In this document: positions 7,279-7,846 of the stretch, in pieces | How the letters are laid out: every line of letters begins with the position of its first letter | Position numbering within the stretch: position 1 is the first letter of the stretch | Assembly (NCBI RefSeq): GCF_006345805.1 | Contig: NW_021828750.1 | Span: 1 to 7,846 of the forward strand | Direction: 5' to 3' | DNA length: 7,846 bases | Origin: Octopus sinensis | Lineage: Eukaryota | Position numbers and translations under genes: made by a program | Notes under the pieces: generated by a model | What the model saw: the letters and a program-made list of their open reading frames with translations, nothing else | Told to the model about the DNA's origin: nothing | Database searches by the model: none

Positions 7279-7399
7279 GTCTTTTATTTATAACATATAT
7301 CTATAGTTTATATATATAATATATGTCTTTTATTTATAACATATATCTATATTATTTACTTACACTTCCTTTATATTATTTCATTGTGTTTATATTATT
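7172..7399. repeat. AT-rich long inverted repeat (81-bp arms) with internal palindrome and 33-bp duplication
   Basis: Arms 7172-7252 and 7319-7399 pair at 75/81 positions without gaps, with the inner 44 bp perfect. 7273-7305 is identical to 7319-7351. Confidence 0.95.
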
Positions 7400-7846
7400 A
7401 TTATTATTATTAAATATATATATATATATATATATGCAAATATGTTATTTAGATTTAAGACTGAAATAAATATCATAAGAAAGAATACATAAGAATGTAT
7501 ATACAGCGAATTTTAAATATAAATACAATAAGAAATTGTATGAATAAAGAATACTATATGCGTATATACACACCTACACATATATATGCATATGTGTGTA
7601 TGTGTGTGTGCAAAGTAATTGAAATTGAAAAAAATCTGTAGCGACCACCTAAGAAGGACAGCATATCGTTATAATGTTAATAGATATACTGGGTTGTATA
7701 AAAAAACGAAGACTCAGTGTATGCGTGTATGTGTGTGCATGTGTGTGCATGTGTGGGGGTCTGATTGTATACATTACGTGTTAGTATAGATTTTAATCAG
7801 TGTGCAGATATGTTGTTAATGCATGTATGTGGAATAAATGTATTGA

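Overview
AT-rich, microsatellite-saturated eukaryotic non-coding DNA (intronic or intergenic). No credible protein-coding gene is present: the ORF track is almost entirely translated microsatellites and SINE read-through. The window holds four tRNA-derived SINE copies from three families, which I recall as abundant Octopus SINEs, so an octopod cephalopod source is inferred but not proven. The less ordinary structures are: (i) a 258-bp retroelement-like 3' fragment bracketed by a duplicated ~115-bp compound (GATA)12-GATTG-(AAAG)n-(ATAG)n block, carrying twin GATC hairpins; (ii) an 81-bp-arm inverted repeat whose left arm also forms an alternative 86-nt spacerless palindrome; (iii) an inverted SINE pair 755 bp apart, a possible dsRNA/ADAR substrate; (iv) a well-formed minus-strand 58-nt exon candidate followed by a micro-exon or AG/GT site; (v) a perfect 6 x 16-bp CACGTG-containing minisatellite; (vi) several short direct repeats that look like target-site duplications. 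Family names come from recall and need database confirmation.
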